This document shows, piece after piece, positions 46,112-59,900 of a DNA stretch of 64,000 bases; the stretch's first letter is position 1; the number at the start of each line of letters is the position of its first letter. Under the pieces are notes generated by a model that was given only the letters and a program-made list of their open reading frames with translations, was not told where the DNA came from and did no database searches. The stretch is from Bugula neritina (taxonomy: Eukaryota > Animalia > Bryozoa). Position numbers and translations under genes: made by a program. The stretch is from contig OZ037772.1 of the NCBI GenBank assembly GCA_964035545.1, positions 8,112,950-8,176,949 on the forward strand, in the 5' to 3' direction.

Positions 46112-47867
46112 ATGGCAAGTAACAGTCAAGGAATACAGCAATTGCTTGCAGCGGAAAAGGCTGCTGCTGAAAAAGTAGGAGCTGCTAGAAAAGGTGTGTT
46201 GATCCATGTAATTTAAGAAATATCAAATAGGCAGTGTGAGTCACTGAGTGTCACACTCACTGTTAGACTCAGACTGAGAGTGAGTGCGAGTGCGAGACTG
46301 ACTCTGAGAGTGAGTGTGATCCAAATTAAAGCTTCAACTGAATATGGTGATGTTTGATTGTTTCTTTTGGCGTTAGTCGTTAACCTTACTGTTGAGAATG
46401 ATATTAAAGAAAAGTTAGGTAAGATTAAAAGTGATTAGCCTTAGCCTTAGATTAAAAGTGATAAACAAAGTACAATATTTATTAAAATTGATTTTTATTT
46501 TATGGTAAAACTAAAAAACCGATTCATTGTAATTGTGTTGCCCTTGCTGGTTATAACATTTAATTTCATTATGATAATCATATTTGTCATTTGTTAAACT
46601 TAACGTTATCGGTTGATATTTACTTGATACTTGTCATTGATATTTATATTCATATTGTTAATATTTTTATCGGCGTAAAATCATATTCATAATCATAATG
46701 ATTATAGGTGATAGTAATTTGAAACATACTAATAGTAATTTCATATTGCATAGCTTCTCTATTTCAGATTGATCGTTAAATTTACTCCTTAAATTATAAT
46801 TTCTTACTGGCATAAGCCATTTTATAACAATACCATCCATATCATCGTGTTTTTTCACAATCTAGCAAGTAATGCATTAAAAAGTTTAAAGAATGTTGCA
46901 CCAGTAGCCTCTATCAGACCTATTAGCAGTAATGGGCGACATAATTTTAATGATATGATCATTTTGATTTTTAAATATGTTTTTTTTGGAATCAGGTAGA
47001 TATGATTATGTGTAAAAATTATAAAATATTTTTTTTTTCAAACGCAGTTTGTCTATAAATGTCAGATTTTTTTAATAAAATCCTTTGACCAAGCTGACTA
47101 TTGTTAGTGTACTATTATATAGACTATTATAATTACGTGGATCTTGTTTATTAGTATAAAGGTCTTCTTAATTACCATTATCAATGTAGAGTTCACTTTG
47201 ATTAATAATATCAATATATTATTCTGTCCAAAAGGAAAGGCACGAAGACTTAAACAAGCCAAAGAAGAGGCACAGGCTGAAATAGATGCTTACAGGAAAG
47301 AAAGGGAAACCAATTTTAAGAAATATGAAAACCAGGTGCCTGTACATTATGTTAATAAAAATATCTTTTCAGTGCTTGAAATGTAGTTAAATTGTAATAT
47401 AATAATTTCGACACTTGTCACTCTACGTGGCATAAGTGCTTGCTAGTGTAACCGACACATGTCGCTCTGTGAGTGTAAATGCTTGCTAGAATGACAGATG
47501 ACACGCGTCACTCTGTTTTGAACAGGTGCTTACTATTATAGCTGGCACATGTCACTATGTTATACAGACACTTGGTAGTATAGATGACACATGTCGTTCT
47601 GTTCTTTACAGACACTTGGTAATATAGCTGGCCCATGTCTTTCTATGTTGTACAGGTACTTGGTAATATAGATGACACATTTCATTCTATGTTGTACAGG
47701 TACTTGGTAGTAAGGATGATATGGCTATAAGCATTGATAAAGAAACAGCACAGCAGATTGTAAATATTGGCCACAGAGTGAATGAGAAACGGGAGGAGGC
47801 TTTGCAAAGGCTACTAGATGTTGTATATAATATAGAGGGTGCTGTGCATACGAACCTACAAGTGTGA
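46112..47867 (+). CDS. ATP6V1G: V-type proton ATPase subunit G
   Basis: Exons 46112-46193, 47235-47335, 47700-47867: MASNSQGIQQLLAAEKAAAEKVGAARKG|KARRLKQAKEEAQAEIDAYRKERE...VHTNLQV. Confidence 0.96.
47410..47712 (+). repeat. ~44-bp tandem repeat (x7) containing the V-ATPase G exon 3 acceptor
   Basis: Units GACACATGTC..TCT..GTTGTACAG(G/A)(T/C)ACTTGGTA become more similar to the true junction toward 47699. Confidence 0.85.
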
Positions 47868-50800
47868 GTATACATGTGACCTAAGGCTACAATTGTAAAA
47901 CTAATTCTCCATTCTTACAGTTTAAAAAAACTTGGATTATCCGGCGGCCTTTATTCTATCTAGTTGTCTCTTCACTTGATTTACTTTTGCTCTTGGACAT
48001 TGTCTAAGCCAGTAGCAAGTCGTGCATTTTTATTTTCTCCATAATTGATTTGTTTAATTATCAAATATGTTATATATATATTTATTATAAGATAAAACCT
48101 TAAATTTTAAATTTACTTATAATTTTAGGGATCAAAAATATTCTTTTTCCTATCATCCAATATGTTTTATTACACCATAATTTCATTCTAGACCAGATAA
48201 TTGTATATTCTACGACATTTTTTGGTTTTTAAATTTGTTTTTCCTTTTAGAAATGGCGTATGAGGAGTCTTTCACCATACAACGAGTGTTAGCCAACTGT
48301 CGGCATTTGATTGGACTACAATTCGTAGGCATTTTCATGACTTGCCAATAGTCAAAGAGCCCACCATACATTTCGATCAATGTTGCAATAATGTTGTCTT
48401 ATTTACTATATATTATATTTACATATTTTCTTGTTTATAACAATAAAAATATTTTACTAGTATAAAGCTAAAATTAGTTGTTTTATTGCAGCATAGCTTA
48501 GAATTATAAGGTTTTTTATTTTAATTCCTCTAACATCAAAACAGTTTCACAGCAATTTAAATTCACAAATTTTTTAGTAATAAGACCGGTAATAAATAAA
48601 AAAGTAATGATTAGGCTGAAACTATAATAATGAAGCTAATTTTAGACTGTCTGTTAGCTTTGCCTTTAAATCGAGTCTCAAGTTTAAAATAAGTTTGTGT
48701 GAGTTGGATTGTAATTTGACTGATTCAACTAGTAATGAATTTGAGGCAAATAGCCCAACTTTGCAGTTATCTTCTCTCAGTAATTGAAGATGTCAGGAGC
48801 ACACAATTCTGAATGTATTGTTGCTCGACTGCTTTCTGTCCGGCTGCACTACCGCGTGACCACATTTCGTACTCTTCTGCCAGTTGTGGTGATGTGCTTT
48901 CATGGTGCAAGTTTGTAAATTATCTCTCTCGGCTTGATATCAAGTTTCTGGAGCAGCGAAATGCTATCCTGGTTTTTTAACGTCGAATAGTTTTCCTGCA
49001 GAGAAACCACTTCTGACATGATTAGTGAACTGCGTGAGCCTGAAGATATTATTGGCATGCCAATCAGTATCACTCACATTGATATTGTCATTGTGATTAA
49101 GTTTAAAGTCTTGCAGGTAGCACTTTTCTTAACACTGTCAGTGCTGTGTGTAAGCTGTTATCTACTGCTGAATGAACTAGTAGGTTCTAAACAAAAAAAA
49201 GGCTGGATTATGGAATTCCTCACAAGGTGAGAACTATTAGCATAAATTGAAATAATATTGCTATAATGTTACAATAAGTGAATAACTTTATTTCTAGTTG
49301 AAATAACTAGCAAAATGAAAATGTAAACACAACTATAACTGGCTGTTTACTGTCAAATGTCGGGTGATGCTGCAAATCTGACTGGTATCATGGCAACTTT
49401 AGTTACCCTACATATAAACATGTTTTAGTAAAAGTAATTAAAACTTCAACACCTTTATTAATTATTGAATTAATAAAATTTTAGTAGAGAGTCATCATAA
49501 TTATTGTCAATGTAATTAAAACAATCATATTTACTATCGTTTTCTCTGTGGAGTTGATTATATATAGTATAGTATTATATATGTAGCATATTCTAACTTC
49601 ATTTTGGTGCACATTTATAGAATAACTTGCACGGAACAATAAAAATTGTATTTAATTTCTGCTATTCATTGTAGCTGTGAATGTAAAATGAGCGGTCAAG
49701 TTTACTACCAATTGTTTGCTTTTTGTAGTCAGCTGTTGGTGCATTAGCAACTAGCAAAGAGTTTTACTTAATCTAGCATAGTAAACCAAGTAAGCAAAGG
49801 TACATATGTGCAAATAGTATTACATTTGCAACAATTCTAAAAGCCCCAGTGTTTTTAATTTTTCGACTTCTATTTATTTATCTGTTCAGTACATTTTTCA
49901 AAACATAACAGATAACTTGTAAATTTTTTGAAGTAAATGTAAAATTGCATTAAAAACTCTCTTTTAGGTAAAATTATTTATCAATTTTAGAATGTCTTGC
50001 TTGTTTCTATGAAATTTATGATTTGTTGAAGATTACTGGCAGATACTTAGTTGACAGCTGATTTCAGGAGGCTGTTTATTTTGAATATTAAATGTTTACA
50101 TATAAAAAAAGTTGAAGATAGGTCAGGCAAAGTGATTTGTTTCAACACTAGGTGCTGAAAATTATTTGAAATAGAATTCTAAAAAGGGAATTAAACCTGA
50201 TAAATACTACAGTTAATATATAAATGTTATTATATAACAGCTGCAGCTGGGCCATGCTGTTGTGTTGCATCTGTTGTTGCTTTGTTTTCTTTTTTCCCAC
50301 TCAGCTAATTCTTATTCCAGTATCCCAATATGCAACATCTTTAATGCTAACTTGGCATTTTTAGCTCACAGTCTATACTCTATGATCTATACGATGAAAG
50401 TGAATAAACCATTAAAGCCTGCAACAGAGTTGGAAAAAATCGGGGTTAAGAACTTCACAGTTGTTCAGCAATTACAAGACAGTGGAGGCTATAATTGATG
50501 TTAGGCAGTTACAGCACAACACAAACTTTAATCACATTGTAAACTACCTTAGTGCCATCTCAATGACTTCCTTTACCAAACAGCAGCCAAATATGGTTAG
50601 CCAATCAGAGATTATAGATTTGCTTGACATATTACTAGCAATGTCTGGCATCGGTATCTTCAATCAATGGGTCTGTAGGCAATGCTGTCTTCGTCTAGCC
50701 AGATCTATGTATGAAACAATTCTCCATTGACAAGTCTATAATTATTGTTTTATTAAAAGTTATATATACTATCATAAACACAAAAAATTTCTGTCAACAA

Positions 50801-50996
50801 TGCTTATTTCAATTGCATTCATTAGTTTTTCTTCAAACAGTGTATTGTTGTGCATGCCACCCTACCACAGCCTCTACTGATTAAAGGGGTATACGACCAC
50901 TAGGATTATACTGAAGACATCAGGGTGTTGCAAAAGGACTACTAACTACTAATATTCAGATGTGGTGTGAATGAGAAAGATGGAGTTCTAGAACAT

Positions 50997-53900
50997 ATGA
51001 TGAGACTGACTATACTTGTGGCTACTCTGCTTTATACTTTTCATACAGGTATAATATATGTTGTACAATGCTTATATGTTACATAATAATAATTATGTAC
51101 ATGGTGTTAAATATTATATCCTGGCAGTAATGTATTGGTGTAGGGCCAACGAGCGTGACGTGCGAGAAATCCCATTTAGCCCAAAAATTGGACATTGCGT
51201 GCGGATTTTCAAGCGTCTAACATGCTGAGCGAGAAATGCTACACGCATGTGCAATACAGTTTGATCTAATTGGCTCATTACCATGTAATATTTAGCGAGC
51301 ACATTTTTTAATTTTAATTTACGATTTAACTTCTAGCGAGCTGAATTAAAACAGGTTTATATAGTTTGCATTTCCGCTTTTATAATATCCAAATCCGATG
51401 ACGTAGTTAAAAAACAAACGTCTGTAGGCGAGCAGTAAAGTTTAACGCTAACATCATTGGCTAATAATTTTTTGCACTCGCAACACATGCACTGTGTGTG
51501 GCAGGTCACTAGCGTGTATTCTAATGGAATTTCTCGCACATCATAAATACATACATCTATACATATACAATTATATAACTTACTTTGATAGTAATGTACT
51601 TTTATTAATAATAATATAATTATTAAATTTAATAATTATATTAATATGTTATGTAAATACATACCTTGACAATGATGTATTATTAAATGTTGATATTAAA
51701 ATTTAACCAGTATTAAACTTTATTCGTTATTTGTATAGTACAAATATGTATTTTGTATGTAGTTCACAGTCTCTAGCTGTGGTTTTCAGAATCTATAGAC
51801 ATGGTAGACATGGTTTGGTTGTCCAACTGCCAACCATGTATACCTTTCTTTGCATTTACTCCTAAATTTTAGTGAAATTTCTAATAGTTGTAAAAAAGCA
51901 ATCATCGGTAAAAGTACAAAATATAGTTTTTATAATCTAGTAATGTTATATAATTATATTGATAAGCTTCTGGCCAAAATATTGGCTTTGATGTAAGAAG
52001 AGAGCTGCAGAGGAGTAATGTCTAGTCATATCATTCTTTATGATTAGGAGTTATGCTCTTTCTGAGAGTTCAGTAGCACCATGGCTAGTGACCGGGTGAA
52101 GTAGGCTACGATATAACATGTTAATGCATGTACAGAGAAATGACATCACTTCCATCTGTATTCTCGCTATGAAATGTATGCATAGAGAAATTTTCTACTC
52201 TGACAACTTTTCTTTAGATCACGCAACATTTTATTAGAATCTTGGAATTCTATGAGTGAATATTTTCATTGCTGCTTTGTAAAAAACAGCAGCTTTAAAA
52301 TCGTGCCTTATGAGTCACATTCTATAAGTAAAAATGACTCACAGCTTTTTCTTAATAATTTCGGGAATATTGTAGGTACTGAGGCTACACCTGTGACTAT
52401 AGGAGAGGCCTGTGATTATGGTAAGTCGTACTCTCACTTTTAGCTTGTGTTCCCTAAGTTTTGACAACAGATTACTGCCATTAAAAAGTTGCTTATGGGC
52501 CATGTTTATACAACTATTATTAATGGAGGGGAAAGAAGAGGGGCATTTCACCCTCCCTATAAGCTTGTCATTTCTCAACAGTCTTTCCTGTGGCAAAATC
52601 TGTAAACATTCAAGATTATAAAAATGAGAGTTGTGTGCTCAACATTTCGGCATGAGCTGTTTTTAAAACAAAGTTGTTTATCAGGTCATGTAAATTTATT
52701 TTTAAAACAGAATACTACTGATTTTATATTAGGAGTGTCTGTTTTAGGCGAATACTAGTGATCATATCTTCTCAACCAGATGTTTAATATTGATGTATAT
52801 ACTAGTTACTGCTGTGTTGTACATAGCATCACTATATTTCAACTTCCTGCTGTAGATGCTCAATGTGGGACAGGAAGTGAGTGTGTAGCAGGGGTTTGTG
52901 GGTACAGATGTGACACAACTGCGGACTGTGGTGACGACACCTCATATAGATGTGAGTATCAGCAGTGCGTCAAGCTATGTACCAGCAAGGACGAGTGTGC
53001 CAGTCACCAGGTCTGTGAAGACAATTTCTGCACTATTCGGTGTCAGGTGAGCAGATAATTCTTTATGTTTTAGTGCAGAGTGACTCAACATTGAATAGCC
53101 TTATGCCATCAGAAAGTCATAGTTATGTGTCTATTTAATGTCTTTCATTATTTACACACTCTAACAGCTGGTGTTTAGATCTCTAGCAGTTCACCAATTC
53201 ATTATATCTACATTTAATAAGCTCACGCAAGTTTATTGTCACCATCCTTGTGAGAAACCTTAATGGAAAGGGTTTTTTTTAAGTGGGGCTAAGGACTTAT
53301 TTAAATGAGGCACAGGAGCAATTATGACTGGATGCTCTTCCTAACATCACCAATGGCCTTTGTCTGGGTTTGAACCCATGACTTCATGTTGACTATAGGC
53401 AAACGCTCTAACCCCTGGACCGCGGCTGCTCCCTGATATCTACATTTAGTAACATTCACGTTTATATTGTTTTTAGTGTTTATTGTCTTCAGCATTTAGT
53501 ACTTCAACATTTAGTGACTTTAGCATAAATTTTAATGATGTTAGCATTTAGTGACTTCAGCGTTTAGTAATAATTTAGCATGAAATTTAATGATTTTAGC
53601 ATTTAGTGTTTTTAGCGTTTATAGTGACTGTACTTACATACTTTTAGTGGTGCTAATTGTTATGACTTTAGGACAAATCAGGCTGCCCGTGCTCAGGGCT
53701 GCGCAACTCTATCTGCTATAACAACGTGTGTGTGAGACGGTGCAGCGATACTTCAGACTGCCCAACTGGTGTTCAGTGCTTGCAGGGAGTCTGTAGGGAG
53801 AAGTCGGCTTGTACGGGAGATGGGGACTGCCCCTATGACACCTCGTGAGTACACCTAACACCTGTCAACAATTGTGAGCAAGTGCTTGTTAGAATATAGG

Positions 53901-56900
53901 TCGAAGTATATGAACAGTGTGTTGCTATGGATACAGGTGTATTGGAGGGAGGTGTGTTGGGGCGTGTGATGATGCCAACGAATGCCCCTCTACGCACGTC
54001 TGCTTCCAGCAAAGCAGGATATGTGAGACTAAGTTGACCGAGCAGTGTCCCTCCGGTGGGTGTGGGTGTGGTCAGATCTGTATTAATGGCGCTTGTGAGA
54101 TTATGGAGCAGGTGAACCATCCTTGTAATGGTGGCGACTACTGTGGTGAGTTGTTTATATTATGTCTATCTATATTCTATAGTCTATACTGTATTCTCTA
54201 TATTCTATAGTCTATATTGTATTCTCTATATTCTATACTGTATTCTCTATATTTTATAGTCTATATTGAATTCTCTATAATCTATACTTTATACTCTATT
54301 CTCTATATTCTATAGTCTATACTGTATTCTCTATATTCTATACTCTATCCTTTGTATTCTATAGTCTATACTGTATTCTTTACATTCTATATTGAATTTT
54401 CTATATCCTATAGTATATACTGTATTCTCTAAATTGTATAGTCTATGATGTATTCTCTAAAGTCTAAACTATATTGTCTATATCATATGCTATCCTGCAT
54501 CTTTACTTTCTACTGTATCTTCTAAACTATATAACATGCTATATATGTAATATGCTATTATATTTATGTTTAATACTGTGTTTACTTAAATTATAAGATT
54601 TAATGTATGCCACGTATATACTTTGCTCGTTGTATATTTGCTATATACTACACCTTAATTGTGGTTTAGAGGTTGAACTATGCTTTCTGATACCTACATA
54701 TTACATGATATACTCTTCAGGTGAGAATGCAGTGTGCAGTAACGGTACAGCTGGCAGGTGTGAGTGTATACGAGATAATGAGGGACACTGCGCACCTCCC
54801 CCTACCAAGTGTGATCCTCAGTACGATGACTGCCGGTTCTCTCAGCTAAGAACTGTGTGCTCCTCTCAGTCTAATATCTGTCAGTGTGAGGCTGGGTCAA
54901 TAATATCTGGCGACTGCTACAGTACAGGAGACAATGGCTGTTAGTCTATACTTCTATTCTAACTTTATTTGATCTACCTATATGCACTCTTCTCTCTTTT
55001 TCTCTCTCTCCCTCTCTCCCTCTCCCCCTCTCTCTCCCCCTCTCCCCCTCTCTCTCCCTCCCTCCCTCTCTCTCCCTCTCCCTCTCTCCCTCTCTCTCTC
55101 TCTCTCTCTCCCTCTCCCTCTCTCCCTCTCCCTCTCTCCCTCTCCCTCTCTCCCTCTCCCTCTCTCTCTCCCCCCTCTCCCCCTCTCCCTCTCCCTCCCT
55201 CTCCCTCTCCCTCTCCCTCTCCCTCTCCCTTTCTTCATTTCTCTGCATATTTATTCTCTCTCTCTGCTTTGTTTGGATTTTTTTCAATGATTGTTTTTGA
55301 ATTGTAGTTTGCCATGCAAATTCTCGTCAGTGTCCAGCCAATAATATGCACTGTAAGAGTGGAAACTGTTACCCAACATGCTCAGGCAGTAACTCATGTC
55401 CTTCCCATCTCGTTTGCCATGAGGATGTAAGTTGAACATTTTGACAGGGCGTGCTCCTTTAAACTATATGCTGTGTTGGTAATTGTGACTTTTGAACATT
55501 GCACAACTTTTATATAATATATAATATAGACTATAGGAAATAGAGTAAGTTGTAAGTTATAAAATATGCTTTCTGTATATAATGTATCACATATCATGTG
55601 TTGCAATTACACATAGTACTAAACATAGTATTACACATTTTACTATAACACACAGTATTACACACAGTACTACACAAAGCATTACACACAGTATTACACA
55701 CAGTACTACACTAGTACTACACACAGTACTACACTAGTATTACACACAGTACTACACTAGTACTACACTAGTATTACACTCTCACAGGTATTACATATTG
55801 TACACTAGTATTAAACTCTCACAGGTCTGTACACTACTCTGTCACTCTCACACCGACTGCCCTGGAAGTCACCTCTGCACCCACGGAGTCTGCGTTCAGA
55901 TGTGTACGTCTGCTGAGAGCTGTCTGGCAGCTACTCATCTCTGTGACTCATTCCTATGCAGACGTAGCTGTACTATCATTGGTATGGGCTGCCTCCTTTA
56001 ATACCCTCACTTGGTTTATAGTCTCCATCCCTGTGTTAGAAGTGGCCGTAGCAGTATGCAGTGTAGAGCTTACTTTAACTGCAAACTGGTATACCACTAC
56101 CTTTATACTTTTATATTGGATATAAAAAAACTCACGCAAGTTTATAGTAGCCATCCCTGTGAGAAACCCCTAATGCAAAGGGTCTTTTAAAATTGGCTAA
56201 GGACTTGGTCATATGTGGCACTGGAACAATTTTGACCTTATACCTTTCTAACACCACTAATGGTGTTTGGGTTCGAACCACTGACACCCTGTTTAGTAAG
56301 CCAATGCTTTAACCACTAACCTACTGCTGCTTTGACGGCATTTATATTTGTTCAAAATGTTTATTTTTGAAGTTGATTAGTATTTGAAACATGGCTACAT
56401 AACTACTATTAAAGTTATCACCAGTAAAATACTGCTCTAAAGTAGTTATCATAATGAGCCTGAGACTCTCCTGATGTGTGACTCCCTTGTAGATAATACA
56501 TGTGCACCAGGATCTACTTGTCAACCCGGCGTTGGCTGCGTTACTACCTGCACTAAAGACGAGCACTGTCTACTTGACCTTGAACTTTGTGTTAGTAAGT
56601 AATACCTATTAGCTGGTTTCCCATAAACTTTGTGTTAGTAAGTATATCACTATTGGCCTTGAACTTTGTGTCACAATGTACATAGAGAGTAAATACAGAG
56701 TATACACAGAGTATACACGATTCAGTTGACCTTGAACTCTGTAATTTGACCTTGACCCTGTAGGCGGACTGTGTAAACCCAAGTGCAAGACCAGCAGTGA
56801 CTGTGACTCCATATCTACGTGTCTGAACGGGAGGTGCTACACGGTGTGTGACAAGGATAATGAGTACTGCTCTGATCAGCAGTCTTGTGTCACAGGGCTC

Positions 56901-59900
56901 TGTATGTCCTACTGCAAGGTGAGTATTTAGTAGGTGTGGTACTGTCAGTGTACACAGTAGCTAGGTGTAGTATTGTCAGTGCACATGGTAGCTAGGTGTG
57001 GTATTGTCCATGCTCATAGTAGCTAGGTGTAGTATTGTCAGTGAACATTTAGTAAGTGTAGTATTGTCCATGCTCATAGTAGCTAGGTGTAGTATTGTCA
57101 GTGCACATTTAGTAAGTGCAGTACTGTTAGTGCACACGGTAGCTAGCTGTAGTATTGTCTGTGCTCATTTAGTATGTGTAGTATTATAAGTGCACATACT
57201 AATTAGTAAGGTGAGTTAGTACTTGCATTTAGTAGGTGTAGTACTGTCAGTGCACATAGTAACTAGGTGTGGTATTGTCCATGCTCATAGTAGCTAGGTG
57301 TAGTATTGTCAGTTTACATTTAGTAAGTACAGTATTGTCCATCCACAAAGTAGCTGAGTGTAGCCGGTGTAGCATTGTCAGTGTACGTAGCATTTTGTAA
57401 GTGTAGTACTGTCAGTGCACACAGTAGCCAGGCGTAGTACCGGTAATACTCAACAGTTAGGTGTAGTATTATGTGTGTATATGTATGTACATCATGTTTT
57501 TAAAGTATGTTACCATTAGGTCTGACACTACAGTATGACATACTGACAGAGTGTGGTATTGTTGCAGGACACCGCAGATTGCGGTACTACTGAGGTGTGC
57601 TCGGTATATCAGGCTAACCCGGTGTGTAGAATCACGTGCTATGGCAACGACGACTGCTACAGGCAGAAACAGGTCTGCTTTGTTGGACTTTGCAACTTCC
57701 CGTGCAGCGCGCAGAAGGACAGCTCGTGTGACCCGGGAGACGACTGCATCAACTGTGAGTAGCACTCAATGGACTTGAAACAACCCTAGCTATAAAGATG
57801 AAAAGTTTAAACAAGTTTTCATTTTTATTTATATTCATCTTCATATTTATAATTTATCTTTATATTGTATTTTAATATTTTATTTTAATGTTTTATTTTT
57901 ATATTTTATTTTAATGTTTTATTTTTATATTTTATTTTTATATTTTATTTTTTATATTTCGTCGGTATTTAATAATGAGTTTTCAGTCATTTATTTTACA
58001 AAAGAACACTTTGCTAATGAAGATAGCCTATGATCTTGCAGATAATGGGGTAGAAGCATGCGGCCCGACTTGTAGTCTTGGTTGTAATGAAGTGCAGTTC
58101 TGCTCTGATAAACTCTGTCTTCCTGTAAGTTATTCAGCTGAGCAGACAACTCTCAAATAAGGGGTTAAAAATTAAATTTTTGGCCTTCTTTAAACAAAAA
58201 TTCTAACAAAGTTTCACTATTTATAACTTTAATAGCCTTGGTCTTGCTCTAGTTTTATACTAGTTCTATCACTTCCAGTTCAGATTTAGATGCAGTTTTA
58301 ATACTTATCTACGGTGCTAGAAACACAAATATGAAGACATGATATTATTAGAAAAAGTAAAAAAATGTCAACACCATGAAGCTGACAAATACAGCTCTGG
58401 TAGAAGCATTAGCTAAAGGTTTTTAAATACATAGAGTTTAATTGCTATAAAATATAGTCATTCAGTTCAATGTTTCAAGGAGCTAAGGCTACACACAGTC
58501 TCATGTATATGTAGACATATGCGCTGCCGTGCTCTTCTGATGATGACTGTGGTCCTTACAACTACTGTAAGAAGAAGGAGACGAGTATATCAGGGTCCTG
58601 TGACTTTAGCCTGAAAGTTGGTGGTAGCTGTAAGGCTAATGGCAGATGTGGGTTCAATGAGGAGTGTGTAGATGGTATATGTGAGTGTGTCAAGTATAAT
58701 GACGGGACGTGTCTAGGGGCCCCAAACTACTGCCCCGATGGGCCCACAGCCGACTGGATCACATGTGATGTGGATGTAGCCGGGTCTCTGTGCAATGAGG
58801 TGTCGGGGAGGTGTGAGTGCCCCGACAATCAGATGCAGGTAGTGAGACAGTGCCTCAGTCTAAGAGGTAAGATCATGATCCTGCGCACGAGTGTGAAACC
58901 AATCTATTCATGCATACTACTTGTATTTAGTTTATGCTGCAGCACAGCCTACAGAAAGCATGTGCACACTTTATATAAGGGTCAATTTACTAAATTTAGT
59001 GCACACTCGATATCTCTATTTTTTAACTACTTTTCACAATTAAGCTGCTAATGTGTATAGTACTTTTTACCCTAAACTAATAGAATAATAACAAATACAA
59101 TTAATCAATCAAGATTTTTTTGTAACTTTGCTCAATTTTCTATATTTTTTTTCTAATTTCTTAGTAAATTGGGATATATATTTAGCTTATAGGACAATGA
59201 TGTTAGTCTTTAATGTTGGTTGCAGGATCTCCTCCAAGAATTTTTATACAGCGCATAAATTTACCTCGTATAGTAAAAGTTCATGAACCTTGAGCCAACT
59301 AGAATTTTTTATCATAATTTGCTGATGTGTACTAAATGAAGTAAAATGAACCATGAAGTATTACGGTGGTGTGAATGTCGTCTGCTCACTTACAGGATGC
59401 AGCAAGAATGAAGACTGTCGCGGGGCTTCCTGTGTCAGTCTGTTCTGTCACCCTCACTGCACTCGTCTGTCTGAGTGCCCCATTGGAATGATCTGTGCAA
59501 ATGGCCTTTGCTCCTTGAATTGTACTGCAAACAGTATGTATTCGTGCATCTATGACATCGCACTCTAGCTATGACATCACACTGTGACTATGACATCACA
59601 CTGTATTTATAACATTACACTATAGCTATGACATCACACTGTAGCTATGACATCACACTGTAGCTATGGCAATACCCTGTAGCTATGACATCACACTCTA
59701 GCTATGACATCACAGTGTAACTATGACATCACACTGTAACTATGACATCACACTGTAGCTATGACATCACACTATAGCTATGACATCACACTGTAGCTAT
59801 GACATCACACTGTAATTATGACATCACATTTTAGTTGTGACATCATACTGTAACTATGACATCACAATGTAACTATGACATCACACTTTAACTATGACAT

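Noticed and set aside
54946-55307. RE/RG- and SL/SP-rich ORFs
   Set aside because: Translations of a CT-rich microsatellite.
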